Origin: Utricularia gibba | Taxonomy: Eukaryota; Plantae; Magnoliophyta | Assembly: GCA_002189035.1 (NCBI GenBank) | Contig: NEEC01000010.1 | Coordinates: 3,286,001 to 3,350,000 of the forward strand | Direction: 5' to 3' | Length of the DNA: 64,000 bases | Shown here: positions 24,524 to 35,446 of the stretch, in pieces | How the letters are laid out: the number at the start of each line of letters is the position of its first letter | Numbering within the stretch: the stretch's first letter is position 1 | Position numbers and translations under genes: made by a program | Notes under the pieces: model-generated | What the model saw: the letters and a program-made list of their open reading frames with translations, nothing else | The model's database searches: none | What the model was told of the DNA's origin: nothing

Positions 24524-26051
24524 TTCTATAAGCCACCGAACAAGAAAAAGTTTCTTTGTCAGAAAAAAAAAACAGAGGACCCCAAATAGCCAAAGGCGGC
24601 AGAAAACCAGGGTTAACCCTCAGAAATTCCGATTCAGGTCACGCCCGCATAAACCTTTCAAGAAGATGTACACACAGCTCTCCAGCGACAAAATTTGGTT
24701 TCCTGTGGCATCTGAAGAGTAAAATACGAAAATGCACAGGGCAGTCTGTCAGAAAACATTCATACAAAAAACCCAAATAAAAATCGGAGAAGATAAAGGA
24801 AACCAGAAGAATGAGTTACAGAAGAGACGTAGATCTGAAAAACGTAAGTCACAGAAGGCAACCCTTCTACAGGACATCTATTCGACGAAGCTGTAAACCT
24901 ACAAGAAAAAAAAAAAAAAAAGAAAGAAAGAACTTCACCCCAGGTCATGTTTTTGTGCCCTTCCCCATTTTTCTGATGTTAAAGGAAGAGTTCAATTGAT
25001 CAAGAACGATTCTAAGGCCAGTACTTCAGAGCACCTCGGTATCATTGCTGGGTGCTGCGCATTCATACGTTGCAAGAATCCGAATTCAGAGTTTGTACGA
25101 CAAGAGAGGACTGCAATTTATGGGTGTAGTGGTGTAAAGAAAGTAGAGTTCGACAGCGTCCTTGTTTTGGGACTCGCCACCGCTCACCGGCGAGAAAGAC
25201 TTGAGAAAGATAAATGGAAAAGGAGCTCAAACCGCTGAAGCCTATACACGGCGTGGCCTACCCGTTCATTCGCCATTGAAATACAGGGAAAAGAAACACA
25301 GAAAATACATTAATTTCCACGAAAAAAAGACAGGCTGCTGGCTGCCTTGCTGGGCTGGGGCAGTAGGCACGACACATCTCAACATCTGGGTCGACCCGGT
25401 GGCATGTCGCAGACCATGGCCAAATCAAACCCAAACGAGACCAGGTCGTTGGTGGTGGAGGTTAAAGAGGACGATGGGATTTTCCTTATGCCACCAAATA
25501 GCGAACTGCGTGTGGAGAAGAAATCAAGGACTGTGCGCAATCGCTTTTGTTAGGAAGCTTCTCCTGAACACGAGCTTGTTCGATGACATTCTTGGAAAGC
25601 TACTTATGGGCTGGACCTTCGTGCTTATGCGACACGAGAGCAGAGTGAATATATCTTCAACCATGATTCTAGTACCAAGTTTCACTAGAATATTGTTTTA
25701 TGACTGCATTCCAATGTGACTCAAACTGCAAACAGGGAGGGAGAGGGGGAACTTCAGATGCTGGCATTCTTTGATAACCAAATACTGGGATGGAACGAGT
25801 GTGTTACTTCAGTGACCTCAGCAAACTTCATATGATCAAGATTTGCGAGAAAATGCGTACTGATACTGAAAAGCCAACTGCAATATTAGCCTTGTTCTCT
25901 GAGTTACATAAAAACAGAGCACCCCCAGCAGCTTCAAGCTGCTTTTTCATCTCAGCATCGTGAGACAAACGACATTGCAAACGTACGGTGCAAACAGAGA
26001 AACAAAACTACATCCACACCTCGTGACTCCAGTGAATGAAAATGGCATCAG

Positions 26052-27806
26052 CTAGGTGACGAGAAACTCAGGTGTCATGGATATATACGGAAGCTTCTCC
26101 AGCTTGCATTCATCTGTGGAAAGAAGTCACTTGAAGATGCATCATGCTTGAAAAAGAATACGGAAAAGTTCAAGGAGAACTAACTTTGCAGTCTTGGGAG
26201 CTCAGTGGTCTTCAGTACACGAAGCCTCTTTACTGTTGCTACGAACATGCTGCACACAAGAATGAGGATAAATCATCAGAAGCATTCTTTTCAAAGCTTA
26301 TTGCAGATTGATCAGAATCCGAAGGAAAAAAGTCGACGGAAAAGACGAAGTGTCGCATCAACTTAAGTGAGATGCTTACGGCCAAGGGAGATCCCCCACA
26401 AGCATCCTGTCCCCTTCATCATCTTCATAAACCAGGGTATATTCCCTGCTTTCGTTTACTATACTGGTAAACAACATTCTGCCATCGCTGTCACCTTTTG
26501 TTTTGTCATCAAGACTATTACTTTGAGCTACAACCAAACTCCAATGTAAGTTTTCTACGCAATAATATTGATCAGCTAGCGCATCAATGGATCCATCTAC
26601 CTGGAATAAGATCTCTGAAGAGTTCATCAATAGCCATGGAGAGCTTCTCATAATTATCATATGCACTTATGTCGATTTTCCTTCCGATGGGAACACCATC
26701 CATATTGATCTTTACAAACAGAGGCCTGCATCCTTCAGTCAAGGCCTCATCTGCAGACTGAGTACCTAACTTCGATGAACTTCCAATTTTTTTTGAGAAA
26801 GATCGGATAGGCGGCCATCCCACAACTGAAGCAGGAGAAGTCCTACGGCATCCAAAGCGAGTGCAGTATAGGAGGGAGAATTTAAGGAAACTAGTAGCAC
26901 AAACTAATACTAAATGAAATCTTTGTACTACAAGATGCGGTAAACAGCTTAACACATCACCTACTTCAAGTTAAACGTAAAACCTCCTATCTTAGCTCCA
27001 GATCCGGTGGCATGAACGGTAAAATCTAAAGTTTGGTGTCTTGTTCAAGCGGGTAAAAATGCAATCAAATTTACCAAAAACCATGCAGCCAATCTCAGAA
27101 ATGCAAAAAAAATGAATGAAGAGACCAGAAAACACTCAAAAAGCTAATCTTGCAGCAAGATGGTTATCAGTAACTATAAAGATGTACGTGAACAAAACTT
27201 GCTTTTGAGCAGACAATAAAGAAAACACGCCACACAAAGGACCCCAACAGGCAAAGATTTGGATAAAAGCAGGAAAATACAAACTTTCTTAGACACGGGA
27301 AAAAAGAAGAGTGAAAGATGGAAAAATTTACCTTTTCTGCGAGCTGCTGCAATTCGGAGGAGTTGTATTCACAGGAGCTCGTTGAATCAACTTCTTTTCT
27401 GGGTTATATATCTCTGGGTTTGCTCTACCTCCAATAGGCTGCGATGATTCTTTCGTTAATGATATCAGCTGCACGTGTTTGGGCTCTGAGTTTGCTGATT
27501 CAAGATGAAATGGAACCCTTTTTTCGGGCACCGGAGGTTTAAACACAAGAGAAGTCTGGGAACCAGAGCTCTTAGAGAAGAAGCCATTAGAATATACAAA
27601 TTCGTGGTCGGTTTCTTTAGAAGTTCTGCTAATGTTTCTGATGGACCAACTTCCCCCGGTGGACCAAGCCTCAGTTCAAGCTTTTGATCTAAAGATGGGC
27701 TACGGCTTATCTCCTCCACCCCTTCAACAACTGTATCTCTTTCCTTCTCCATGAAATCATGAAACTGCAGACAACTCCCCTCCGTATTTCTCAGATACCT
27801 CTCCAT
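26052..27806 (-). CDS. IAA26: Aux/IAA repressor, IAA26/PAP1-like, apparent -1 frameshift at 27653-27657; 3' end approximate
   Basis: Domain I LELRLGPPG, degron VVGWPPIRSF, LFVKINMDGVPIGRKID, YTLVYEDDEGDRMLVGDLPW|HMFVATVKRLRVLK. Confidence 0.88.
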
Positions 27807-28595
27807 CTCTTCACAAAGAAGGCTGCAGGGGCACAAACTAACAAACAAAAGACAGCAAAAAGAGAGCTTTTTTATCCAACATTTCAGGCAAAGTTCATAC
27901 CTTGAGTTCCAACTGCTTAGAGGAAGTATAGATTCTCAAAACTCCGCATCATTAAACAGCCAAACGGACGTCTGCAACACTATCTCTGAAGTGCAGCAAG
28001 CTACAGCTCAACACACAGAAAGAAAAAGTAGGCCTAATGGAGTGGCAAAGAGAGGAGGAGCACCACACTTGTTGTAGCTCTGAGTGCCTTAGCCTTTCAA
28101 AATTTTAATAATCTCCGGCAACGTGTAGTGGTTGTCTGACGACTCAACTAAAGGAAAACAGTAGACCCATGAACAAAATAAAAAAGGAATACAATAAGAG
28201 AAAGTGTAGCTGTTGCCATAGCTGTAGCGAGAAAGGGAAACTACTTGCCTACAGATATCATCTACAGACGGACCCGACGAATTGTTTCCTCTCTGCGGAG
28301 TCGCAGGCTCCCTCCAACTAGGCCAGCAGGGAAAACCAAAAAAAAAAAAATCTTCGAAAAAATGGCATGGAATTTCTGTTGACTAGACATCTTATTTTTA
28401 AAAAAATTACAAATATCAAATTATTTTATTAAAAATAATTTTTGAAAACATATTCCCAAAAATCTTATCTGTATGAATAAATTATTAAACAAATTCAAGA
28501 TGGAATGGTGGGCCAGGCCACCCTTTCTTTCTCTATTGTGGAAGTTGTGAATTGGGCTATGTTTTGTAGAGTATGTTGGGCCACTTATATTTGCA

Positions 28596-29012
28596 TTACG
28601 TGGGCCTGGAGAAGCCCAACTGAAATATGCCGGTCGTCCGGAGTTCCGAGGTGTCAGGGCCAAGGGTTTCTACAGGAGCACTTTCTTTGGTATCGGTAGC
28701 GATGAATTCGCGGTGTAAAGCATTCTGGTGTTTCTTGAACACGGGTTTAGATCCCAGATCCCGGTTCCCGATTGAGGCTTGCAATTTTGCCCAGGAAACC
28801 GCCGTGGCGACGATGAGGTTAGAGAGAAATCGGGGGTTGGTGGAGGAAATATGGAAATTCTTGAATACGCTGACAGTGATTTCAGCTTCGCTCCCACGAT
28901 CTTCCGCAGTTGCAGTCAAGGTCTCGGAGAGGAAGCGTTCAGGAAAAAAGGCCGAAGCGTTGGGTTCAGCTTCGACGACTACACTCTTGGGGTTTGAATA
29001 AGGGTGAACCAC
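28596..29012. other. Coding-like block with long open frames on both strands, unassigned
   Basis: A 124-aa ATG ORF on + (28627-29001) and a 138-aa Met-less frame on - (28596-29012). GC is elevated against the AT-rich left flank. No family recognised. Confidence 0.3.
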
Positions 29013-29246
29013 TATTCAGAATGGTTGGATGTGGTCAAAGAAAACATTCAGAAAGTGAGCGGAGAGCGTGGGAGTTCAGGCGGCTTCGATTCTAGATGTC
29101 AAGAGGGGTGGGTGGATGGGGAACAAGTCATGGACAAGAAAAGTATGGGAGTTCAGACGGCTTTGGTTTTCAGCCATCTGAAGGACCATCCACACTGCAC
29201 CTCCACATATACTCTCTTCCTTCTTCCTCCTACTCCAAAGCCAAAG

Positions 29247-29594
29247 ATGGGAAAAACTGAAGAAGCCCTCTGTTTCTCCCCATCTCACAACTGCGGCTGC
29301 TTTAGAACCGTACTGGGCCACGGCCCTTCGAGTTTCCAGGCTAAAAAGAAAGCCTCGACCTTGACACTGGTGTGGCGAAGAATCAAGGCGAAGATGGGGC
29401 TTAGCCATAAGCATCACGGGGATTCCTATAGTAGCACAACAGGGACAGCGGTTTATGATTCGTTCTCGTATTCCCAGAACTTCGATCAGGGGTTGCTGTG
29501 GATGAACGAACCCGAAAATGTGCCTCGTTCGTTCTCAGCACGTTATGCTGCTCCATCATCAAAATTCTTACATGCCTCGTATGCTAATATGTAG
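29247..29594 (+). CDS. Small conserved plant protein with a YD..SYSQNFDQG / RSFSARY motif
   Basis: MGKTEEALCFSP...WRRIK...YDSFSYSQNFDQG...EPENVPRSFSARYAAPS resembles a recalled uncharacterised family. The upstream in-frame extension from 29004 (GTG) is probably not translated. Confidence 0.75.
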   Translation: MGKTEEALCFSPSHNCGCFRTVLGHGPSSFQAKKKASTLTLVWRRIKAKMGLSHKHHGDSYSSTTGTAVYDSFSYSQNFDQGLLWMNEPENVPRSFSARYAAPSSKFLHASYANM

Positions 29595-30147
29595 TAGTTT
29601 TGCTGTGAATGTTTGAATGGATGTTCTTGATCCCTGAGTTGATTTTGTTCATGCTAACTTATATGTACTCATCCATCTCTGGGGTTGGGGGTGTCTTCTG
29701 CTGACATTTTCATTGAACGAGTAATGGGAATCCAAGGGTTTCATGCCTAGTGATTCTTCCATGGCAATGTATTCCTCTGTATCTCAATAAAAAATCATGT
29801 TGTTGGTTTTTGATCATTCAATTTTTGTAAAAACATTCAGAACCGCCAACTGGAATCGAAGTTCTTGTCATTGGGTTGGGCGCATGATTTAATTCTAGTA
29901 CCCAATCCGACATGGCAATCGTGTGGTGGTAAGTGAATATGGTGGTGACATGGCAGGTAAAGAGACAATGGTTTTTAGGAGTGGATAGGTTTCATTTCAT
30001 CCAAACCACCGCCACAGCTGTAGATCGAAACAGACCTGCTATTTTCTTCGATATTATTAAGAATCTTTCCATGGATCAGATAATGTTGCCGGTGTCGCTC
30101 ACAGCTATGGCTGCCTAGAGTAGAGATTATATTCGCTTCGGAGTGAG

Positions 30148-32543
30148 ATGGGATTTCTTGCGGGAAGCTGCTCTTCTGCTTCACTTGTGTGTTCACCATG
30201 GCCCCTGCATCCGCAGATGCAGCACCCACCGTTTTTGTTGACTTCCCAAAGAACGAAAAGGGAAAAAAGAGTGGTTTTCGCTACCCTGCGGGAGGAATCT
30301 GCACCAAAAGGAATGATTTGCAAGAAAAGATTGATTCTTTTTATGGGGTTTGCGATGACTCCGTTTATGAATCTAAGGGGGCAGGCTGCTGAGCAACTTT
30401 CGGCAGGTTGGTGATTCTGTTATTATCTTATTGCTTTTGAAATGTGTTATTCGACACAAAATTGTAATGCTTTTCTATGGGTTTTAGATGACACTGCTCT
30501 TGTTGATCAACAAAACAAACCTGCGGTAAACCAAATGTTATCACATGTGAATGTGATTGGAGTTCTGGGGTCTGCTGCTCTTGCCCCACTCTACTTATCA
30601 GCAAAGAAGGAAAAGGAAGCTTCAGATGCAGTTCTTGAATCTGTAAGTTATCTAGTTAAAGTTCCATTCCTTGCTTGATTTCTGTAAATGTTCCATATAA
30701 TATGATACAGCAGTGTTTTCCCTGGTCTGTGAGCAATAGATCTGAGGTTCCATTTGCGTTGTATACTGTGGTTTATTGGGCTCGTGGGGTATCAATTAAG
30801 GTGGCTTTGATGGCACAGATGAATGCTGAACTGAAGGAAAAGCAAGCCGCCATTGGTGTCCTTAAAAAGAAGCACGAGTCGGATCTTGTGAGTGAGAAGG
30901 AAGCCCGGAAAATGGAACTGGCAAAAGCCAACGAGGAGAAGGGAAAACTTCTCAGTCAAATAGAACAAGCGAATGAGATAATCTCTAGCCTGGGTGAGGA
31001 TTTGAAGTCTGAGAAAGAAATAGCTGAAGAACTTGGCAGCCTTGTCGACAGGCTAGAATCAAGCCTGCAGAAGGCCTTCGAAGAGAAAAAAGAGTTGCAG
31101 CAAGAGCTGGAATTGAAATGCAATTCTATGGAAGTGCTGGAGGAAAGGGTGAGGCTCCTCTCTTCAGAGTTAAACGAAAGGGAAGCTGTTCTTCAGAATG
31201 CAGCTTCTGAGCTTGTTGAAAAGGAAAGGGAGTTGGCTGAGTTAAGCTCTTCTTATGAGGAGGCAAGAGATGAAGTTTCTGCTCTGAAGCAGGAGATCCA
31301 AGAACTAAAGAATGCTGATTCAGAGAAAGGAAAAGAGCTGGAATCGAAAAATTCACTTTTGAGTGACCTGAATGTGGAGTTAGCTTCCACACGGGCTGAA
31401 CTTGACAAATCACGAGAAAATCTTGACACCCTTTTGAAGGAGTACGAGGATTACAAGACATCTGCGGAGATAGAAGCTGCTTCAAATGCCAATCTGCTGG
31501 TGGAGAGAGAGAAAATAGTTCAAGATCTTGAGGACCAGCTTACTGTTGCTCTAGATGATCTTCATAATCACAGAACTTTGGCCGCTGACTCCACAAAAGA
31601 AAGAGATGATTTAGCTGGTTTGCTGAGCACTGAGCTACAGAACGTGAAGAATCTGGAGCATCAACTTAAGATCACTCAAGATTCTTTAGATAAATCAACA
31701 GGTGTTGCATCCGACCTGATGAAGCAGCTTCAGTTATCAAAAACCTTGAACTCGCAACTTGAATCTCAGGCCATCAAGATGAAGGATGATTACAACAAAG
31801 CTAGAGCTTCACTTGAAAAAGATGTTACACAAACAAAACACGAGGCAGAAGTCCTAGCTGATGAGTTGAGATGGACAAAGGAGCAAGCAATAAGCTCAGA
31901 AGAAGAACTGCAAAAGTTGTCCGAAGAGCTGGCTGCGGTGGTTGAAGAACGTGACAGCCTTGAGAAGGAACTTGTCATTGCACGTACAGCGGCTGAAAAA
32001 GCTAGTCTTGATCTTCAAAAAGAAGTGACGGTTGCTTCTTCGTTGAAGAGGGAACTGAATGATTTCGAAGCTCGATTTGCAGACGAAAGGGCCGCAAAAA
32101 CCACAGTTGAGACACATTTAGAACTGGTCAAGAAGTCCCTGGACGAAATGAATCATTACGTTTCAACACTTACCAAAGAATTGGAGGCTGCAACATCTCA
32201 GATTTCCAGTTCCAAGGATGAGAAAGAAGCCCTCCAAAAAGCCCTCGAGGAACAAAAAAAACTATCCCAAGAAGCCAAAGAGAGCTTGGAAGAAGCACAC
32301 AATGTTGTCATGAGGATTGGGAAGGAGAGGGAAATGTTGGACTCGAGAGGAAAGAAACTTGAAGACGAATTAGCCGCTGCAAAAGGCGAACTTCTTCGGC
32401 TGAGGAGCGGACTGAGCACGTCGACAGCTGATCAAGAGAGCTACCCGCAAGTTGAAAATGAAACTAGCAGCAATATTCCCGTGCCCGCAAGAAGAGCTGC
32501 TAGGAGGAGAAAGGTCACAGCTTCTCAGAGAGAAGGGTCATAG
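30148..32543 (+). CDS. MFP1: MAR-binding filament-like protein 1, chloroplastic coiled-coil protein, 3 exons
   Basis: MGFLAGSC transit peptide, hydrophobic IGVLGSAALAPLY segment, about 580-aa coiled coil, GKKLEDELAAAKGELLRLRS and C-terminal RRAARRRK. Confidence 0.88.
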
Positions 32544-32925
32544 TAGAGACACTACACCCCGTCGCATGCACCACTGATCATCCATATAATCAACTCGGGA
32601 ACAGTACTTCATTCCTTTGTGAGGGATTGAGATATCTTGTTAACTGTTTTGGTTATTTTGTATGCAAAAAATATTAAATACACAACAAAACATTGGGAAA
32701 CAAACCTATTTTTCTCCGAAGAATTCAACCAAAAGAACCTTGTCCCAGGAATGCGAATCCGCCACTCCAGAACCACATCTAATTCATTTGGTAGTGATTC
32801 TTAATGCGAGTTGCCTACGTAAGTGATTTGATTCGTTTACCCACTTTATGCATTTGGATGGTTTTCGTAATCTACTGCCACACTTTATATTCCAAGACTC
32901 TGCTCCCGCAAGAAGTTGTGACGCA

Positions 32926-33186
32926 ATGAAGAACTTCAAACCTCAACTTCTTCTCGTTTTGCTCACACTAGTTGCCATCACGGGCACGGCGGTTCTGGAT
33001 TCCCCACCTCCGCCGCCGCCGCCAACATTTTCAGTCTGTTTCCACACTTGCCTGGGAGAATGCCCCTATGACAAATACGATTGCTACAACTGCTGCTTCT
33101 CTGAATGCGCTGCCGGAAGGTTTCGCAACGGCTGTCTCCGGTCCCCCCTCCGCCGCTCCACGGCGGCAAAAAGGGTCATTAAATAA
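32926..33186 (+). CDS. Secreted cysteine-rich peptide, copy 1 (signal peptide, poly-Pro, 8 Cys)
   Basis: MKNFKPQLLLVLLTLVAITGTAVL signal-like N-terminus, then CFHTCLGECPYDKYDCYNCCFSECAAGRFRNGC. Paralog 400 bp downstream has the same Cys pattern. Confidence 0.85.
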   Translation: MKNFKPQLLLVLLTLVAITGTAVLDSPPPPPPPTFSVCFHTCLGECPYDKYDCYNCCFSECAAGRFRNGCLRSPLRRSTAAKRVIK

Positions 33187-33430
33187 GGAGGCAGCTGGAG
33201 GCGTCGGCTTTGATAGAGTTACTACTGTTAGGTGGGCGCCTTTGTTGTTTTCCACCCCCAACCAGGAACCAATAAACTCATGCGTTGGAAGAAAAAATAT
33301 TATTATTATTGGAATATATTTTGGAATAAAAAGGTTGAAAATTCAAGCAAAATGGACGTCGGCATAATTAGTCATTCTTCAACGCGTTAATTATTATTAA
33401 TTTTGTTTCTCAACAAGGGATGAAAAACAA

Positions 33431-33548
33431 AGTCAACCAACGAAATTATATAATTAATATATTAAACGTGCAAAAATCAATTTTTTTTTTAAGTTCGGAA
33501 GAGGAAAAGTCAACTATTTCAGTCTCCGGTCCTAACTATAAATACCGC
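33431..33548 (+). promoter_or_regulatory. Two W-boxes (AGTCAA) and a TATA box upstream of CRP copy 2
   Basis: AGTCAA at 33431-33436 and 33508-33513. TATAAATA about 45 bp before the ATG. Confidence 0.5.
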
Positions 33549-33584
33549 TGCTGCTGCTGCTTACAGTAAGCCGTACAAGAAGCA

Positions 33585-33869
33585 ATGCAAATGGAGAGCG
33601 TCAAGCCTCAGCTCCTTGTTTTCGTGATGCTAACGGTCATCTTCATGTCCGACACAGCGGTCCTAGCTTTGACGGTGCCGCCGCCGCGGATGCCATCATA
33701 TTCCGTTTGTTTCCGTACTTGCCTGAGAGACTGCCCGTATCCTAGATACGATTGCTATAACTGCTGCTTCACTGCCTGCGCCAGCGGAAGGTTTCCTGGT
33801 TCCTACGGCTGTCTCGGGTCTCCGCCTCCGCCGCACCACCCTGGCCGGAAAGTCATCGAGAGGTTGTAG
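33585..33869 (+). CDS. Secreted cysteine-rich peptide, copy 2
   Basis: MQMESVKPQLLVFVMLTVIFMSDTAVLA signal-like N-terminus, then CFRTCLRDCPYPRYDCYNCCFTACASGRFPGSYGC with Pro-rich flanks. Confidence 0.87.
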   Translation: MQMESVKPQLLVFVMLTVIFMSDTAVLALTVPPPRMPSYSVCFRTCLRDCPYPRYDCYNCCFTACASGRFPGSYGCLGSPPPPHHPGRKVIERL

Positions 33870-34118
33870 AAAGCATATATGATTTGGGTTTTGGTGTATA
33901 AAATGAAAATTAGTATAAATGATGGCACAAACCTTTGCATTTTCAGACTGAACAAAAATATTATGGCTGAAAATAGCGAACAAACTCAGCTACTTCGGAG
34001 ATCGAATCATGACCTTACCGAAAAATGAGATCCTCCGCCGAAAATGCATGGCCATTTTCCCTATTCTTTACTTTGCTAAAGCTTCGTAGGTTCATAGGAT
34101 TGTGTTTACTGAGAATCA

Positions 34119-34937
34119 ATGTCGGGACCCAAGAAAATATACTGCGGGATCGGGGTGGAGGTCAAGAACCCAGATCCCGTTTTCAAGAATCTGAGCAGTG
34201 CCGATGGGAAAAGCTCGAGTCTTGGAGCCGATAACGCGAAACCCTTCAAGATTTTCATAGGTTACGATCCGCGAGAGGATCTTGCTTACGAGGTATGCCG
34301 CTATTCTTTACTGAAAAGGTCGTCAATCCCAGTTGAAATCATCCCGATTAAGCAAAGTGAGTTACGGGAAAGGGGCGTTTATTGGCGCAGCAGAGGGGAA
34401 TTGGAGAGTACAGAGTTCTCATTTACTCGTTTCTTGACCCCATACTTGGCCGGCTTCAATGGCTGGGCGATGTTCATAGACTGCGAGTTCCTATACAAGA
34501 GCGATATCAAAGAACTGATCGATTTAATCGATGATAAGTACTCCATTATGTGTGTTAAGCATGATCATGAAACGATGAAAATGGATGGGGTTGTGCAGAG
34601 CCCCAGAAAGAACTGGTCTTCAATGGTGCTGTACAACTGCGGGCATTCCAAGACCAAGATCTTGACACCAGAAGTCGTGAACAAGGAGAGTGAAGCTTTT
34701 CTGCACGGATTTCAATGGCTGGATGATGATGAGATTGGTGAAGTGCCATTTGTGTGGAACTTTCTTGTTGGGCACAATGCATTTGTTTCAGGGGATGCTG
34801 CAGCTCTCCCCAAGGCTTTACATTTTACGCAAGGAGGGCCCTGGTTTGTGCAATGGAAGAACTGTGAGTTTGGGGATCTTTGGTTTGCAGAGATGGAGGA
34901 ATACAAGAAGTCTGGGAAGGCTTCAGATGAAGGCTGA
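34119..34937 (+). CDS. CDI: CDI-like glycosyltransferase, intronless, divergent (DCE for DCD, two in-frame deletions)
   Basis: IFIGYDPREDLAYEVC; ESTEFSFTRFLTP; PRKNWSSMVLYNCGH; HFTQGGPWF. Confidence 0.9.
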   Translation: MSGPKKIYCGIGVEVKNPDPVFKNLSSADGKSSSLGADNAKPFKIFIGYDPREDLAYEVCRYSLLKRSSIPVEIIPIKQSELRERGVYWRSRGELESTEFSFTRFLTPYLAGFNGWAMFIDCEFLYKSDIKELIDLIDDKYSIMCVKHDHETMKMDGVVQSPRKNWSSMVLYNCGHSKTKILTPEVVNKESEAFLHGFQWLDDDEIGEVPFVWNFLVGHNAFVSGDAAALPKALHFTQGGPWFVQWKNCEFGDLWFAEMEEYKKSGKASDEG

Positions 34938-35371
34938 TTAGTTCCTCGGCTGCTGCTTTTCTATTCCTTGTTGATCGACGGGGAGAGCTGAATCGGATCG
35001 GGATATTGATCGGACCGCCGACCGGTCGGAAAGGTTTCTGTGGATAAATCAGTTTTTGGAAATGTATGGGGTGAATTGAAAATACAAATGTTTGGAAGCC
35101 AAAAACACAACGGGTCAATTTAAAAAATATTGGGGTCGAAATTGAATTTGAATTTTAAATCTGGGGGCTAGATATGAGAACTGTTACTGTAAGGGGTTAC
35201 ATTGCATTGTTTGAAAAGTTTTCGGGGTTGAAGTAATAAAATAAAAAAGTTTGATTATTGTTTGTTTACCCTTCGGAGTTGCCGTTTCCGAGGGGCGGGC
35301 GCGAGAGGTTTCACTTGTTGTCACACGGCTGACAAATTCGAAGTTCACTTGCCGTCGCGCCTCTGAACTAA

Positions 35372-35379
35372 AAACCCTA
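35372..35379 (+). promoter_or_regulatory. Telo-box AAACCCTA upstream of NUP107
   Basis: Exact motif about 70 bp before ATG 35447. Confidence 0.5.
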
Positions 35380-35446
35380 AAGACGCATACGTCAGTCTTG
35401 GTTTTGTTCGAGTTCTATTTTGTCACCAGTTTGCTGTTTCTTTGCA

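Noticed and set aside
25162-25719. 185-aa and 68-aa plus-strand ORFs between the PWWP 5' end and the IAA 3' end
   Set aside because: Non-ATG or weak starts, overlap with promoter/UTR territory, and no recognisable family.
29004-29246. N-terminal extension of the 196-aa ORF
   Set aside because: It starts at GTG, and the conserved family-like sequence begins at ATG 29247.
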